Positions 1 through 10,430 of a stretch of 52,161 nt of DNA are shown here, piece after piece. Made by a program: the position numbers and the translations under genes. The first letter of the stretch is position 1. Every line of letters starts with the position of its first letter. The DNA comes from Candidatus Omnitrophota bacterium (GTDB lineage Bacteria; Omnitrophota; Gorgyraeia; Tantalellales; Tantalellaceae), in contig JBDRIH010000030.1 in assembly GCA_043816025.1 (NCBI GenBank), positions 1 to 52,161 of the forward strand. The letters run 5' to 3'. The notes beneath the pieces are model-generated. The model did no database searches. It had not been told where the DNA came from and saw only the letters and a list, made by a program, of their open reading frames with translations.

Positions 1-66
1 CTGACAGATCTAACCGGGTTAGCAGGGTGTAAGCTCACGTCGCGTTAACCAGGTTAGATCTGTCAG
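1..66. repeat. Family-A palindromic intergenic repeat. Inverted pair with arms 1-21 and 46-66 (20/21 complementary) and a 24-nt spacer. May be truncated by the window edge.
   Basis: Read directly: ctgacagatctaaccGggtta ... taaccAggttagatctgtcag. The same unit recurs at 16006, 23685, 36017 and 46018. Confidence 0.85.
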
Positions 67-204
67 GTCAAGGTCAGGTTAAGGTCATAAGGTCGTTTGC
101 CATGCTCCGTACAGGGAGCCTCAACACCGGGCGGAGGGGCCCTGGTAGAAGTATAGCAACGACCATTACGTTATCCGAAGGCCCAGTAACACCGTGCAAT
201 CTGG

Positions 205-654
205 TTAGAAGAGGTTGAGGAAAACGAGGATGTGCAGGATTATATTGGTATATATGCCGGCTGCGAGGTCGTCCAGCATGATGCCCCATCCCCCCTTCAG
301 TTTCTCAAGGGATTTCACGGGCGGGGGTTTCACTATATCGATAATACGGTAAAGTATAAAACCAACTATGACCCCGGGAATGCTCATGGGGACGAACAAA
401 AACACAGGAAAAATACATGCGAGCTCGTCGATAACCACTATCGAGGGATCCTTCTCCCCCGTCTCCTCCTCTACTCTACCCGCGGATACCACGCCCGCGG
501 CAAAAAGGCCCGCGAAAACAAGGAGATAAAGAATGACGTTGCCGTGCAGTGCCAGGCAGAGAGCCAGACCGGCAAGGCTTCCCCAGGTGCCCGGGGCGAT
601 AACAATACGGCCTATACCAAACACCGTTGCGATAATGTTATGAATCTTTTTCAT
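205..654 (-). CDS. pgpA: phosphatidylglycerophosphatase A
   Basis: 149 aa. PgpA-like motifs GTWGS, VVIDE, KPPP and GGWGIMLDD. Hydrophobic helices. Confidence 0.85.
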   Translation of the reverse strand: MKKIHNIIATVFGIGRIVIAPGTWGSLAGLALCLALHGNVILYLLVFAGLFAAGVVSAGRVEEETGEKDPSIVVIDELACIFPVFLFVPMSIPGVIVGFILYRIIDIVKPPPVKSLEKLKGGWGIMLDDLAAGIYTNIILHILVFLNLF

Positions 655-1228
655 TGAAAAGGTATTTTTTGTTGCCTACCAGATAAGCGATACCACTTAT
701 TATGGTCAGCACAACGGTTATCATCATCAGTATAAAAATCAACTGTTTGTACCAGTATTCAAAGGAAGCGTCCCAGAAACCGAACGCTCTGACACCCGCC
801 TCTTTGATCACGATGAATACCAGTATAACGAGTATCGACAGCATCTGCGAGACCGTCTTGTGTTTTCCGCCCATGCCCGCGACGAGAACCTCGTTATGCC
901 TGAGCGCCCTGAGACGGATACTGGTAATCACCAGTTCTCTCATGATGATAATAACGACCATCCATGCGGGTACAAGCTTCATCTCAACGAACGCAAGAAA
1001 AGCGGCAAGCGTCAATATCTTATCCGCCAGGGGATCCATGATCCTGCCGAACGCGGAAGTGATGTTGTATTTTTTTGCGATAAAGCCGTCCAGATAATCC
1101 GTAAAAGCGGCAACAGCAAAAATACCCAGCGCCATGACCTTCCCGAACAGGCACTTGGAAAAAAGAAAAAACATGAACACGAAAGTCAGGACGATCCTGC
1201 TCAGCGTTATCTTGTTGGGTAAATTCAT
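638..1228 (-). CDS. pgsA: CDP-diacylglycerol--glycerol-3-phosphate 3-phosphatidyltransferase
   Basis: CDP-alcohol phosphatidyltransferase motif DYLDGFIAKK..FGRIMDPLADK. I prefer the internal ATG at 1228, which forms an ATGA overlap with the rimO stop and has GGGGGA upstream. The ORF extends to 1273. Confidence 0.88.
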   Translation of the reverse strand: MNLPNKITLSRIVLTFVFMFFLFSKCLFGKVMALGIFAVAAFTDYLDGFIAKKYNITSAFGRIMDPLADKILTLAAFLAFVEMKLVPAWMVVIIIMRELVITSIRLRALRHNEVLVAGMGGKHKTVSQMLSILVILVFIVIKEAGVRAFGFWDASFEYWYKQLIFILMMITVVLTIISGIAYLVGNKKYLFNEKDS

Positions 1229-2556
1229 ACCGTTTCCCCCATAAGATCGTATTCCATGGTCCCGGTTATGCACACGTCCGCAAAATCCCCGACTCTAAGC
1301 CCGGCGCCCTTCACATAGACCACCCCGTCGACCTCGGGGGCATCCATCTCGGACCTTCCCACAAACTGTTGCGGATCCTGCGGGTCCGCCTCATCTACCA
1401 AAACTTTCATCTTCCTGCCAAGAAGCTCCAGATTGTTTTCAGCGGATATTTTCTGCTGAAGCTTCATAACCTCGTCGAACCTCGCCTTTTTCAGTTCGGA
1501 GGAAACCTGTCCTTCAAACCCGGCCGCCGCGGTACCTTCTTCACGTGAATAAATAAACGCACCCAGGCGATCAAACCTTGCTTCTTTCAAAAAATCCAGG
1601 AGTTCCCTGAACTCACTCTCGGTCTCGCCCGGAAACCCCACGATAACAGATGTACGCACTGCGACGGGCTTTATCCTTTTGCGGATACGTCCTAAGAGCC
1701 CCTCTATCCCGCGCTTTGTCAGGCTGCGGTTCATTTTTCGTAATATCCTATCATTTATGTGCTGTATCGGCAAATCTATATACCTGCATATATTATCCGT
1801 ATTCGCGATTGTCTCTATAAGTTCGTCCGGAAAATGCGCCGGATGGGTATACAGAAGCCTTATCCAGCCGCTTTCCATGATCGGGCTTGCCTTTCGGAGC
1901 AGTTCCGCAATGCGTCCCGTACCCTTCTTGTCATAACCGAAAGAGGTGGTATCCTGTCCAATAAATATAAGTTCTTTTGTTGCGTGTTCATCCCTGAGGC
2001 GCTTTATTTCTTCCAGGACCGATTTCACGGTACGGCTCCGCCGCGGCCCTTTCAGGCGCGGTATAACACAGTAGGAACACTTATTGGAACATCCTTCCTG
2101 TATCTTGACGTAGGCGTAATGCGGACTCGTCAGAAGCTTTCTTTTGTAGAGGTGATCGTAAAGGAATTCGGGAGACGAAGCTACTTCCCTGATCTTCCCG
2201 CCGGATAAAAACGCACTTATCATCTCGGGGATCTTAGTAAAATCGGCGCTTCCGAACATTCCGTCGATCTCTCTTATCTCGTCCATAAGTTCGGCGGGAT
2301 ATCTTTGGGACAGACAGCCGGTTACTATAAGCTTTTTGATCTTGTTCTTTTTCTTTAAATCGGCCAGCTGAAGGATTACCTCGACTGATTCCTCTTTTGC
2401 ATCCTGGATAAAACCGCAGGTATTGACTATAGCTACGTCCGCGCCTTCGGCTTTTTCGGTAAGAGTGAACCCTTTTTCCTCCAGAAGTCCCAGCAGGACT
2501 TCCGCATCAACCAGGTTGCGCGGACAACCGAGACTCAGGACATAGACTTTTTTCAT
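1225..2556 (-). CDS. rimO: ribosomal protein S12 methylthiotransferase RimO (radical SAM, TRAM domain)
   Basis: N-terminus MKKVYVLSLGCPRNLVDAE, radical-SAM CSNKCSYC, C-terminal TRAM-like end. Start moved to Met14 (2556). The longer ORF would overlap the upstream gene. Confidence 0.85.
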   Translation of the reverse strand: MKKVYVLSLGCPRNLVDAEVLLGLLEEKGFTLTEKAEGADVAIVNTCGFIQDAKEESVEVILQLADLKKKNKIKKLIVTGCLSQRYPAELMDEIREIDGMFGSADFTKIPEMISAFLSGGKIREVASSPEFLYDHLYKRKLLTSPHYAYVKIQEGCSNKCSYCVIPRLKGPRRSRTVKSVLEEIKRLRDEHATKELIFIGQDTTSFGYDKKGTGRIAELLRKASPIMESGWIRLLYTHPAHFPDELIETIANTDNICRYIDLPIQHINDRILRKMNRSLTKRGIEGLLGRIRKRIKPVAVRTSVIVGFPGETESEFRELLDFLKEARFDRLGAFIYSREEGTAAAGFEGQVSSELKKARFDEVMKLQQKISAENNLELLGRKMKVLVDEADPQDPQQFVGRSEMDAPEVDGVVYVKGAGLRVGDFADVCITGTMEYDLMGETV

Positions 2557-2569
2557 GATCGGAAATTTG

Positions 2570-3448
2570 TTACAGGCGGGATATCCAGACGTCATCGATA
2601 CTTATCCCTTTGGATGAGACCTTTATGTTCTTTACAACTCCCTGGGTGACCACGCCGATCTTGCGGGTATTAACTATAAAATTCAGCATCTGCGCCTTAC
2701 CGGTCCATACGGTAAGGGTACCATCCGACCTCCAGGTCTTCGAGTCTCCTTCTTTAAGGATTCCGGAAAAAAGTACGCTCTTGCCTTTACTGACCTGTAT
2801 CCACACTTCCCCGTGGGCTTTCAGCGTAAGAACAACGGGAGCGCTTGTCTCGGCGCCCGGGGTGGGCTTTTCTAAAACTGTTTTAGAAACCGCGGCCGTT
2901 TTCGAGGCCTTCCCCGGAACTGTCCCGGATACACGCACGGGAGCCTCTTTGGAAACTGCCTCGCCTTTCTGCTGCCGGCTGGGGGACATCCTCGAGCTTA
3001 CCACGCCGATCAGCACAAAGACCAGCACCACAAAGACGACCGAAAGTACAACTACGAGCGCCGCCTCCACCTTTTTGCCTGTAAGGGCTGAGAGAGCATC
3101 GGTGAAGCCTCCAATCTTGCGGCCCGTAGCTGCTTCGGCGCCCGCTCTGAACACCTTTATGGTCTCTTCCTTCTCCTCTGTGCCCAGGTCAAACTCCAGA
3201 CTGGGCATTTCGGAAGAGATAGATTCGTATTTTCTTATTATATCCTCGGTGTCCAGCCCGAGAAACGCCGAATATTTTTTTAAGAAACTTTTCAAATAGG
3301 TTTTTCCGATCCTGTCGAATACGCCGGTCTCGATATCTCTGATCACGTTCGGATGTATACGACACTGCCCGTAAGCCTGTTCTATGCTCAACTCGCGGCT
3401 TTCCCTGGCTTCTTTAAAAATCTTTCCGATCTCTTTGGGCGTCACCAT
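2570..3448 (-). CDS. RodZ-like cytoskeleton protein (XRE-type HTH, one TM helix, C-terminal DUF4115-like domain)
   Basis: N-terminal HTH (LSIEQAYGQCRIHPNVIRDIE), TM segment AALVVVLSVVFVVLVFVLIGVV, beta-rich C-terminus. Confidence 0.65.
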   Translation of the reverse strand: MVTPKEIGKIFKEARESRELSIEQAYGQCRIHPNVIRDIETGVFDRIGKTYLKSFLKKYSAFLGLDTEDIIRKYESISSEMPSLEFDLGTEEKEETIKVFRAGAEAATGRKIGGFTDALSALTGKKVEAALVVVLSVVFVVLVFVLIGVVSSRMSPSRQQKGEAVSKEAPVRVSGTVPGKASKTAAVSKTVLEKPTPGAETSAPVVLTLKAHGEVWIQVSKGKSVLFSGILKEGDSKTWRSDGTLTVWTGKAQMLNFIVNTRKIGVVTQGVVKNIKVSSKGISIDDVWISRL

Positions 3449-3451
3449 GCT

Positions 3452-5692
3452 TTATCTCTCTTCGATTTTCTCGAGGTCGTTTATCAGTATCTCCCGGGGT
3501 TTTGACCCGTTATAGGGCCCGACGATGCCTTCCTCTTCCATTATATCTATCATCCTGGCCGCCCTGGTATATCCTACTCTGAGTTTTCTCTGGATCATGG
3601 AAACCGACGCCTGTTTGGTCCCGACGACTATCTTAACCGCTTCGCGGTAAAGCTCGTCTTTTTCCTGCTCGACACCTAATGTTTTTCTTTCCTGCTTTTC
3701 CATAACTTCCTCAATGTACTGCGAACCGGCCTGGGATTTGATGAACTTCACTATATCCCTGATCTCGCTATCTTCCACCAGGCTGCACTGGCCACGGATA
3801 AGCGCCGTCTCGCCGGGTTCCATCAATAACATATCTCCTCTGCCCAGAAGTTTTTCCGCGCCGTTGGCATCCAGAACGGTCCTCGAGTCGACCTTTGAAG
3901 CCACCTTGAACGATATCCTTGCCGGAAAATTCGCCTTGACGACGCCTGTAACGACGTTTACCGACGGCCTCTGGGTGGCGATTATCATGTGTATCCCCGC
4001 GGCCCGTGAGAGCTGGGCGATCCGCATTATGGCGCCTTCCACGTCCTGCTGGGCTACCATCATAAGATCCGCAAGCTCATCCACTACAACGATGATATAC
4101 GGTAGGGACTCGTACCCTTCTTTCTTTCTTTCCTTGTAAGCGGTTATGTTCCTGACGCCTTTTTCCGCGAATATTTCGTAACGCCTTTCCATCTCGCCGA
4201 CTACCCAGTTCAATGCGGCGGCCGCCTTTTTCGGATTCGTCACTATCGGGGAGACCAGGTGCGGTATTCCTTCGAACATCATAAGTTCCACCCTTTTCGG
4301 GTCTATCATCAGGAACTTAAGATCCGCCGGTGAGGAATTAAACAGAAGGCTGGTGATGATGCCATTGAGACAAACAGTCTTCCCGGATCCGGTGGCTCCC
4401 GCTATCAAAAGGTGCGGCATCTTGGAGAGATCCGTAATTATGGGGCTGCCTGAGATATCTTTGCCGAGGGCAAGTTTCAGGGCGGAGTCCTCTTCGTTGT
4501 ATTCTGCCGTCTCCAGTATGTCCCTCAAGAGGACCTGTTCGCTCTTCGCGTTCGGCATTTCGATGCCGATAGTTCCCTTGCCGGGAAGCGGAGCAACTAT
4601 CCTTATATTCGCGGATTTCATGGCCAGGGAGATGTTGTCGGCCAGAGAAGTGATTTTGTTGACTTTGGTGCCCATGGCCGGTTCCAGTTCGTACATAGTT
4701 ATAACGGGGCCCCTGTTGATCTTGACAACTTTAGCCTCCACTTCGAACTCAAGAAGCGTGTTCTCCAGGATAGCGGCTTTGTTCTTCAGATCCTCTTCCC
4801 TGTCTTTCATATCGGCTTTGGGCGGCTTCCTAAAAAGGTCAATGCCCGGCAGCTTGTAGTCTATTTTCTCACCCGTAGAACTGTCCGACAGGGGTGTTAC
4901 GCATACCGGTTTCGCGGACACCTTCTGCGGTTCGCTGGGGATAACTACTTTGGGTTCGGCTTTAACTATGGGTTTGACATTTTTCTCTGAGGGAAACCTG
5001 CTGGCAAGAGACGTTTTACGGACCTCTTCCACCTGTTCTTTCATCTTTTCGAGTTTCCTTGCCATTTCCTCCCTGGCAAGTCTGAGCTTGTTGCGCCTTG
5101 CCTTCAGATCACCCGCAGCGCCGGGCGACCTTTCGGGCAGCCACGATCTGATGCGTGAAGGCACCTTTGCCAGAAACTTGAACATCCCCGCCAGGATAGG
5201 CAGGATAAGAAATTCCGTCGCTATCAAAAGCGACAGGATTATCATAGCAGCGATGAATACCGTAGCACCCAGCCTGCCCAGGTATTCAAGAAGAAAATCC
5301 GAAACCAGCGTCCCCACGAGGCCCCCTTGCGTGAAAGCCAACGTCCGGTTTAGATCGGCCAGCATACTCAAACTCGCACTGACGGCCATAACAAGCACCA
5401 CCGTCCCGAAAAGCTTAAAATAGACCTTCCTTGCTTCTATCTGAAAAAGACGGGATAAGGCCCATACCAATATAAGCAGGGGTAGGACGTATGCCGCCTG
5501 TCCCACAAAAAAAAGCAGGAAACCACCTATGTGCGAACCGGTAATACCCGTGGCGTTGCGCGCGACAACATTGGGGCTTGAGGTATAAAAAGAAAGGTCC
5601 TGTTCACTAAAACTGAATATGCTCAAAAACAGAAAAAGACTTAACGCGAACAATACAACAGCCCAGATCTCGTTTTTTTTCGTCTCTTCCAT
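3452..5692 (-). CDS. ftsK: DNA translocase FtsK
   Basis: 746 aa. N-terminal TM helices, Walker A GATGSGKT, VVVDELADLMM, C-terminal winged-helix gamma domain (QRKLRVGYTRAARMID). Confidence 0.93.
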   Translation of the reverse strand: MEETKKNEIWAVVLFALSLFLFLSIFSFSEQDLSFYTSSPNVVARNATGITGSHIGGFLLFFVGQAAYVLPLLILVWALSRLFQIEARKVYFKLFGTVVLVMAVSASLSMLADLNRTLAFTQGGLVGTLVSDFLLEYLGRLGATVFIAAMIILSLLIATEFLILPILAGMFKFLAKVPSRIRSWLPERSPGAAGDLKARRNKLRLAREEMARKLEKMKEQVEEVRKTSLASRFPSEKNVKPIVKAEPKVVIPSEPQKVSAKPVCVTPLSDSSTGEKIDYKLPGIDLFRKPPKADMKDREEDLKNKAAILENTLLEFEVEAKVVKINRGPVITMYELEPAMGTKVNKITSLADNISLAMKSANIRIVAPLPGKGTIGIEMPNAKSEQVLLRDILETAEYNEEDSALKLALGKDISGSPIITDLSKMPHLLIAGATGSGKTVCLNGIITSLLFNSSPADLKFLMIDPKRVELMMFEGIPHLVSPIVTNPKKAAAALNWVVGEMERRYEIFAEKGVRNITAYKERKKEGYESLPYIIVVVDELADLMMVAQQDVEGAIMRIAQLSRAAGIHMIIATQRPSVNVVTGVVKANFPARISFKVASKVDSRTVLDANGAEKLLGRGDMLLMEPGETALIRGQCSLVEDSEIRDIVKFIKSQAGSQYIEEVMEKQERKTLGVEQEKDELYREAVKIVVGTKQASVSMIQRKLRVGYTRAARMIDIMEEEGIVGPYNGSKPREILINDLEKIEER

Positions 5693-5707
5693 GATTATCC
5701 CTGCTGT

Positions 5708-6478
5708 TTACCTCCAGAAAAAAATTCCGATCACTCCGAGCGTTAAGCAATACACGCCGAAGATAAATAATCGCTTACCCCTGAGGACCCTCCACAAAAG
5801 ATACAGGCTCAAAAGCCCGGTCACAAAGGCGCTAGCCATACCGATGGCGTAACTCTTAAGGTTTTCGCTCATGATGGCGCCGACATCCAACGTCAGGGCT
5901 TTGTACGCCGCGGCGGCGATAACAATGGGAACTGACAGTAAAAAAGAAAACCTGAAAGCTTCTTCGGCTTTCATCCCGGCCGAAAGCCCCGTTGATATAG
6001 TCATACCGCTGCGTGAGACTCCCGGAAGAAGCGCGCACGCCTGGGCTATTCCCACCAGAAGCGAACTGAAAAAAGTAGGGCCCTTTCCGGGACGCGTCCT
6101 TTTCCACAAACTTAACTGTCCGGCAAAAAGCGCCAGAGCCGTCAGGACAAGCATGAACGACACTTTCCTGGGGCTAACAAAAAACACCGATATCCGCTTT
6201 TCAAATACCAGTGCCGCCAGAACCGCCGGCACGGTCGCCACGGCTATATAAATGAGCCACTTTGTATTCCGCTCCCGCACCAGGATAACAATATCCCTGC
6301 TGAAATACAAGACAATGGCACCGAGCGTCGCCACATGAAGGCATATATCAAAGAAAACATTTGGTTCGGCAAAACCGAAAAAGCTGTGCACAAGGACAAG
6401 GTGCCCGGAACTGGAAACCGGCAGAAACTCCGTCAAACCCTGTACAATCCCCGATATCAGAGATTCCATTATCGTCAT
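5708..6478 (-). CDS. uppP: undecaprenyl-diphosphate phosphatase
   Basis: BacA/UppP signature TEFLPVSSSGHLVL and PGVSRSGMTI. Polytopic membrane protein. Confidence 0.92.
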   Translation of the reverse strand: MTIMESLISGIVQGLTEFLPVSSSGHLVLVHSFFGFAEPNVFFDICLHVATLGAIVLYFSRDIVILVRERNTKWLIYIAVATVPAVLAALVFEKRISVFFVSPRKVSFMLVLTALALFAGQLSLWKRTRPGKGPTFFSSLLVGIAQACALLPGVSRSGMTISTGLSAGMKAEEAFRFSFLLSVPIVIAAAAYKALTLDVGAIMSENLKSYAIGMASAFVTGLLSLYLLWRVLRGKRLFIFGVYCLTLGVIGIFFWR

Positions 6479-6480
6479 TT

Positions 6481-6930
6481 TTAAATACCGGTATGCCCAA
6501 ACCCGTCATGCGCCCGTTCGGTCTCGCCGAGTTCTTCTATTTCCAGAAATTCCGCACGGGTTACGTCCCGGATCACCATCTGGGCCAGTCTGTGCCCCCG
6601 GTTCACGCAAAAATCCTCTTTGCCCAGATTAATAACGATCAGGTTAATCAGACCCCGGTAGTCGCTGTCGATAGTCCCGGGAGTATTGACCAAGGTAATG
6701 CCATGTTTTAAAGCTAATCCGCTCCTGGGACGGATCTGGGCTTCATATCCTTCCGGCAACTCTATGTATATGCCGCAGGAGACAAGTTTTATTTCACCGG
6801 GGGTAATAACTACCGGGCCCTCGACATCAGCGTACAGATCCACTCCGCTGGAGCCCCGGGTAGCGTAGGCTGGAATAGGCAGGTCGCGTGCGCTTTCCTT
6901 GCGTTTTATCCGGACTTTAATCTTCTTCAA
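6481..6930 (-). CDS. dut: dUTP diphosphatase
   Basis: Motifs [27 protein letters not shown]. Confidence 0.93.
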   Translation of the reverse strand: MKKIKVRIKRKESARDLPIPAYATRGSSGVDLYADVEGPVVITPGEIKLVSCGIYIELPEGYEAQIRPRSGLALKHGITLVNTPGTIDSDYRGLINLIVINLGKEDFCVNRGHRLAQMVIRDVTRAEFLEIEELGETERAHDGFGHTGI

Positions 6931-9004
6931 CTTGTTTAATGCTGAGGTTAATGCGGTTCTGCTCGTCTACCTTTATGAGTTTTACCTTAACCTCCTGTCC
7001 TTCTTTGACCACGGACGCTACGTCCTTTACATATTCTTTTGAAAGTTCCGAGACATGGATAAGACCTTCCTGACCTGGAAGAAATTCACAAAAAGCCCCG
7101 AAATTCATAAGCTTTGTTATCCGTCCGTCATATACCTTGCCGACCTCGGGTTCGGCGGTGATCCCCTTGACCCATTCAACGGCTTTATCGAGAGACTCTT
7201 TATCCGAAGAGGCTATCTGGCAGGATCCGTCATCTTCGATATTTATTTCGGCGCCGGTCTCAGCTATGATCTTGCGTATCATCTTACCGCCGGGCCCTAT
7301 AACGTCCCTGATCTTATCAACCTTGATCATCAATGTAACGATGCGCGGCGCTGTCGGCGACATCTCCTTCATGGGTTCGGCGATCGTCTTGTTCATGTGG
7401 TCCAGTATCTCCAGTCGCGCTTTTTTTGCCCTGTCAAAAACCTCTTCAAGAATCTGGTAACTGATGCCTTTGATCTTCAGGTCCATCTGCACGGCAGTCA
7501 CCCCGTCCTTCGTCCCCGCGACCTTGAAATCCATATCCCCATAATGGTCTTCCACTCCGGCAATGTCGGTAAGAATCGCGTAATCGTCTCCCTCTTTGAC
7601 CAGACCCATCGCTATGCCGCTGACAGCCGCCTCTATCGGAACACCACTGGCCATAAGCGACAAAGAACTGGCACAAACCGTCGCCATCGAACTGGAACCG
7701 TTGGATTCCAGGATCTCCGAAACGACCCTCACTGTGTAAGGGAACTTCTCCTTTGAGGGAAGAATCGGTTTCAGGGCCTTAGCAGCAAGGGCCCCGTGAC
7801 CTATTTCTCTCCTGCCGGGTCCCCTCATGGGCCTCGTCTCACCCACGCTGAACGGCGGAAAATTATAGTGCAGCATAAAAGTCTTCGTCCCTTGCCCTTC
7901 AAGGGTCTCGATTCTCTGTTCGTCGGAACTGGTCCCCAAAGTAACTACCGCAAGGGCCTGAGTCTCTCCGCGCGTAAAAAGCCCCGATCCATGCGTGCGG
8001 GGCAATACATTGATCTCGGAAGACAATTGCCTGATCTGATCAAACTTTCTTCCATCGACACGTTTTTTGTTCTTCAGTATAAAATCCCTGACTGCTTCTT
8101 TCTCGACCTTATCCAGCGCGAGTTTGACCTCCTTCTCCAGATCCTCACTGGCGCCCTCAGACGCTTCCTCTGCCGCAACCAATTCTTGCTTCAGAAGTTC
8201 CAGACCCTCTATCCGCTGCTGTTTTTCTGAAAGCTGGAGCACCTCTTGAAGCTTCGCCGGCGCTTTCTGGCTGATTCTTTGATAAATCTGGTCGTTTACC
8301 TCCACAAGCGTTACATCTTCCCGTTTCGGTTTGCCCACTTTCTCGCGAAGCTGTTTCTGCACATCGATCAGTACTTTCAGTGTTTCGTGACCGGCCTTTA
8401 TGGCCTCCAGCGTTTTCTCCTCGCTGAGCATCTCGGCTCCGGCCTCAAGCATTATAACGCTTTCCTCATTAGCCACGACGACAAGATCCAGTTTGCTTGC
8501 CTCTAATTCTTCAAATGTCGGGTTGATAACGAACTGGTCATCGACCAGCCCCACTCTTGTGCCCCCGATAGGGCCGTTAAAAGGAATATCCGATATGGTA
8601 AGAGCCGCGGAAGCGCCGATAAGCGCCAGGATATCCGAATCGTTTTCTCCGTCCGATGACAGGACGGTAGCTATGACCTGTACCTCATTTAACATCCCTT
8701 CCGGGAAAAGCGGCCTGATAGGCCTGTCTATCATCCTCGCGGTCAGGATCTCTTTCTCTGTGGGACGACCCTCCCGCTTAAAAAAACCGCCGGGTATTTT
8801 GCCTGCGGCAAACGTTTTTTCCTGATATTCGACCGTCAGAGGGAAAAATCCCAGTCCTTCCCTCGTCTGCCGTGAACACACGCAGGCCACCAGGACCATG
8901 GTCCCTCCGCATCGGACCGTGACGGACCCGTCTGCCTGTTTCGCGAATTTTCCGGTTTCTATTATAAGTTCTTCTTTCCCAAATTTAGCTTTTACCTGTT
9001 CCAT
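6917..9004 (-). CDS. pnp: polyribonucleotide nucleotidyltransferase (PNPase)
   Basis: Two RNase PH domains, KH and S1 domains ([19 protein letters not shown]). The start at Met15 (9004) has GGGGAG 8 nt upstream. The ORF is open to 9046. Confidence 0.93.
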   Translation of the reverse strand: MEQVKAKFGKEELIIETGKFAKQADGSVTVRCGGTMVLVACVCSRQTREGLGFFPLTVEYQEKTFAAGKIPGGFFKREGRPTEKEILTARMIDRPIRPLFPEGMLNEVQVIATVLSSDGENDSDILALIGASAALTISDIPFNGPIGGTRVGLVDDQFVINPTFEELEASKLDLVVVANEESVIMLEAGAEMLSEEKTLEAIKAGHETLKVLIDVQKQLREKVGKPKREDVTLVEVNDQIYQRISQKAPAKLQEVLQLSEKQQRIEGLELLKQELVAAEEASEGASEDLEKEVKLALDKVEKEAVRDFILKNKKRVDGRKFDQIRQLSSEINVLPRTHGSGLFTRGETQALAVVTLGTSSDEQRIETLEGQGTKTFMLHYNFPPFSVGETRPMRGPGRREIGHGALAAKALKPILPSKEKFPYTVRVVSEILESNGSSSMATVCASSLSLMASGVPIEAAVSGIAMGLVKEGDDYAILTDIAGVEDHYGDMDFKVAGTKDGVTAVQMDLKIKGISYQILEEVFDRAKKARLEILDHMNKTIAEPMKEMSPTAPRIVTLMIKVDKIRDVIGPGGKMIRKIIAETGAEINIEDDGSCQIASSDKESLDKAVEWVKGITAEPEVGKVYDGRITKLMNFGAFCEFLPGQEGLIHVSELSKEYVKDVASVVKEGQEVKVKLIKVDEQNRINLSIKQVEED

Positions 9005-9060
9005 TTCCATTACTCCCCATCTTTCATGTTGGTTGTTTACTTGCATCGAAACAAAATCTG

Positions 9061-9330
9061 TTATTTTCTGAGCCCTAGCTTCTTGATCAGCTCTTTATAT
9101 TTTTCATTATCAACCGACCTCAGATAGCTGAGAAGCTTCCTCCTCTTGTTGACCAGCATCAGCAAACCCCTGCGGGAGTGAAAATCCTTTTTATGTTTCT
9201 TGAAGTGCTCTGTTAAACTGGTTATACGTTCGCTTAAAAGGGCTATCTGGACCTCCGGGGAACCCGTATCCGAATCGTGTTTCTTGAAGTTTCCTATGAT
9301 TTCCGTTTTTTTCTCTTTCACCAAAGACAT
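9061..9330 (-). CDS. rpsO: 30S ribosomal protein S15
   Basis: 89 aa; [32 protein letters not shown]. Confidence 0.95.
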   Translation of the reverse strand: MSLVKEKKTEIIGNFKKHDSDTGSPEVQIALLSERITSLTEHFKKHKKDFHSRRGLLMLVNKRRKLLSYLRSVDNEKYKELIKKLGLRK

Positions 9331-9399
9331 CGCTATTCACCTCCTTTCTGTAGTAATTTCTCATCCGCCGGTACCATGCATCTGACGGCGGATTGTGCT

Positions 9400-9428
9400 A
9401 TATTAACATATAAATATATATTTGTAAA
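9400..9428 (-). promoter_or_regulatory. putative sigma70-type promoter for rpsO-pnp
   Basis: On the minus strand: TTTACA, 17 nt, TAATAT, about 65 nt upstream of the rpsO ATG. Confidence 0.45.
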
Positions 9429-9455
9429 TAATATAACTTTATGGAAGGGTGCGCG

Positions 9456-10430
9456 CTATATGCCCTTATATCGTTTTATTTTTAAAACTATATCCTTCGC
9501 CGTAAGGACCTTTTTCGCGCGAACGACATCTCTGGCTATCTGACTCTTAAGCATATCGACACTTTTGAATTTTCTTTCACGCCTTAATCTCTTCACAAAG
9601 AATATCTCTATGGACTTTCCGTACAGGTCGCCCTTAAAACCGATCACGTGCACCTCTATGTGAGGTTCTTTTCTCCTTTTCAGCCTTTTTCCGTAAAAGG
9701 TGGGTTTAAAACCGATATTCAATACACCGTTAAATAATTTTCCGTCGATATCAACCTTCGCGGCGTAGACCCCGGGCGGAGGTATTACCTCATGGTGGGG
9801 ATCGATATTGGCCGTCGGAACACCGAAAGCACCCCCGCGCCGCTCGCCCGTTACCACCGTTCCCAGTACTGATACCGGACGACTCAGTAACTGCTGTGCT
9901 TTTTTTATGTCGCCGGCCATAATAAGTTTGCGCAGCCATGTGCTGCTTACAACTTTTCCCTTCTCTGTGACGGGCCGGACCGTCCTGACATCTATGCCGC
10001 AGTCTTTGCCTATCTGTATGAAGGTCTCTATGTTGCCGCTTTTACCTCTACCAAAATGAAAATTATCGCCGACATAAACCTTCCTGGCTCCTATCCCGCG
10101 AAGAACCCGTCTAACAAACTCTTCCGGCGGCATCATCGCGATAAAATCGGTAAACCGTATTACGATCGTCGCGTCCAGCCCCATTTTTTCAAAAATAAAC
10201 AAACGGTGTTCCAAGGACATGATCCTGGAAGGCGTTTTGCCCGGGTGTAAAACGGTCTGCGGATGCGGGTCAAAAGTCACGACCGCCCTGTCTCTGCCCC
10301 GTTCCCGGGAATTCAGAACTTTTTTTATAACACGTTTGTGACCTATGTGAATGCCGTCGAATACGCCGATAGCGACAATCGGGTCTTCTAGCTTCTCGTC
10401 TAAATCCCTATATCCGTACAATACTTTCAT
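9456..10430 (-). CDS. ribF: bifunctional riboflavin kinase / FMN adenylyltransferase
   Basis: N-terminus GVFDGIHIGH; C-terminal riboflavin kinase region (PTANI, GFKPTF). Confidence 0.92.
   Translation of the reverse strand: MKVLYGYRDLDEKLEDPIVAIGVFDGIHIGHKRVIKKVLNSRERGRDRAVVTFDPHPQTVLHPGKTPSRIMSLEHRLFIFEKMGLDATIVIRFTDFIAMMPPEEFVRRVLRGIGARKVYVGDNFHFGRGKSGNIETFIQIGKDCGIDVRTVRPVTEKGKVVSSTWLRKLIMAGDIKKAQQLLSRPVSVLGTVVTGERRGGAFGVPTANIDPHHEVIPPPGVYAAKVDIDGKLFNGVLNIGFKPTFYGKRLKRRKEPHIEVHVIGFKGDLYGKSIEIFFVKRLRRERKFKSVDMLKSQIARDVVRAKKVLTAKDIVLKIKRYKGI

Noticed and set aside
62-95. caggtcaaggtcaggttaaggtc as the SRP (4.5S) RNA domain IV.
   Set aside because: It only resembles the CAGGUCAGGU stretch. 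The GGAA tetraloop context and the conserved AGCAGC 3' strand are missing.
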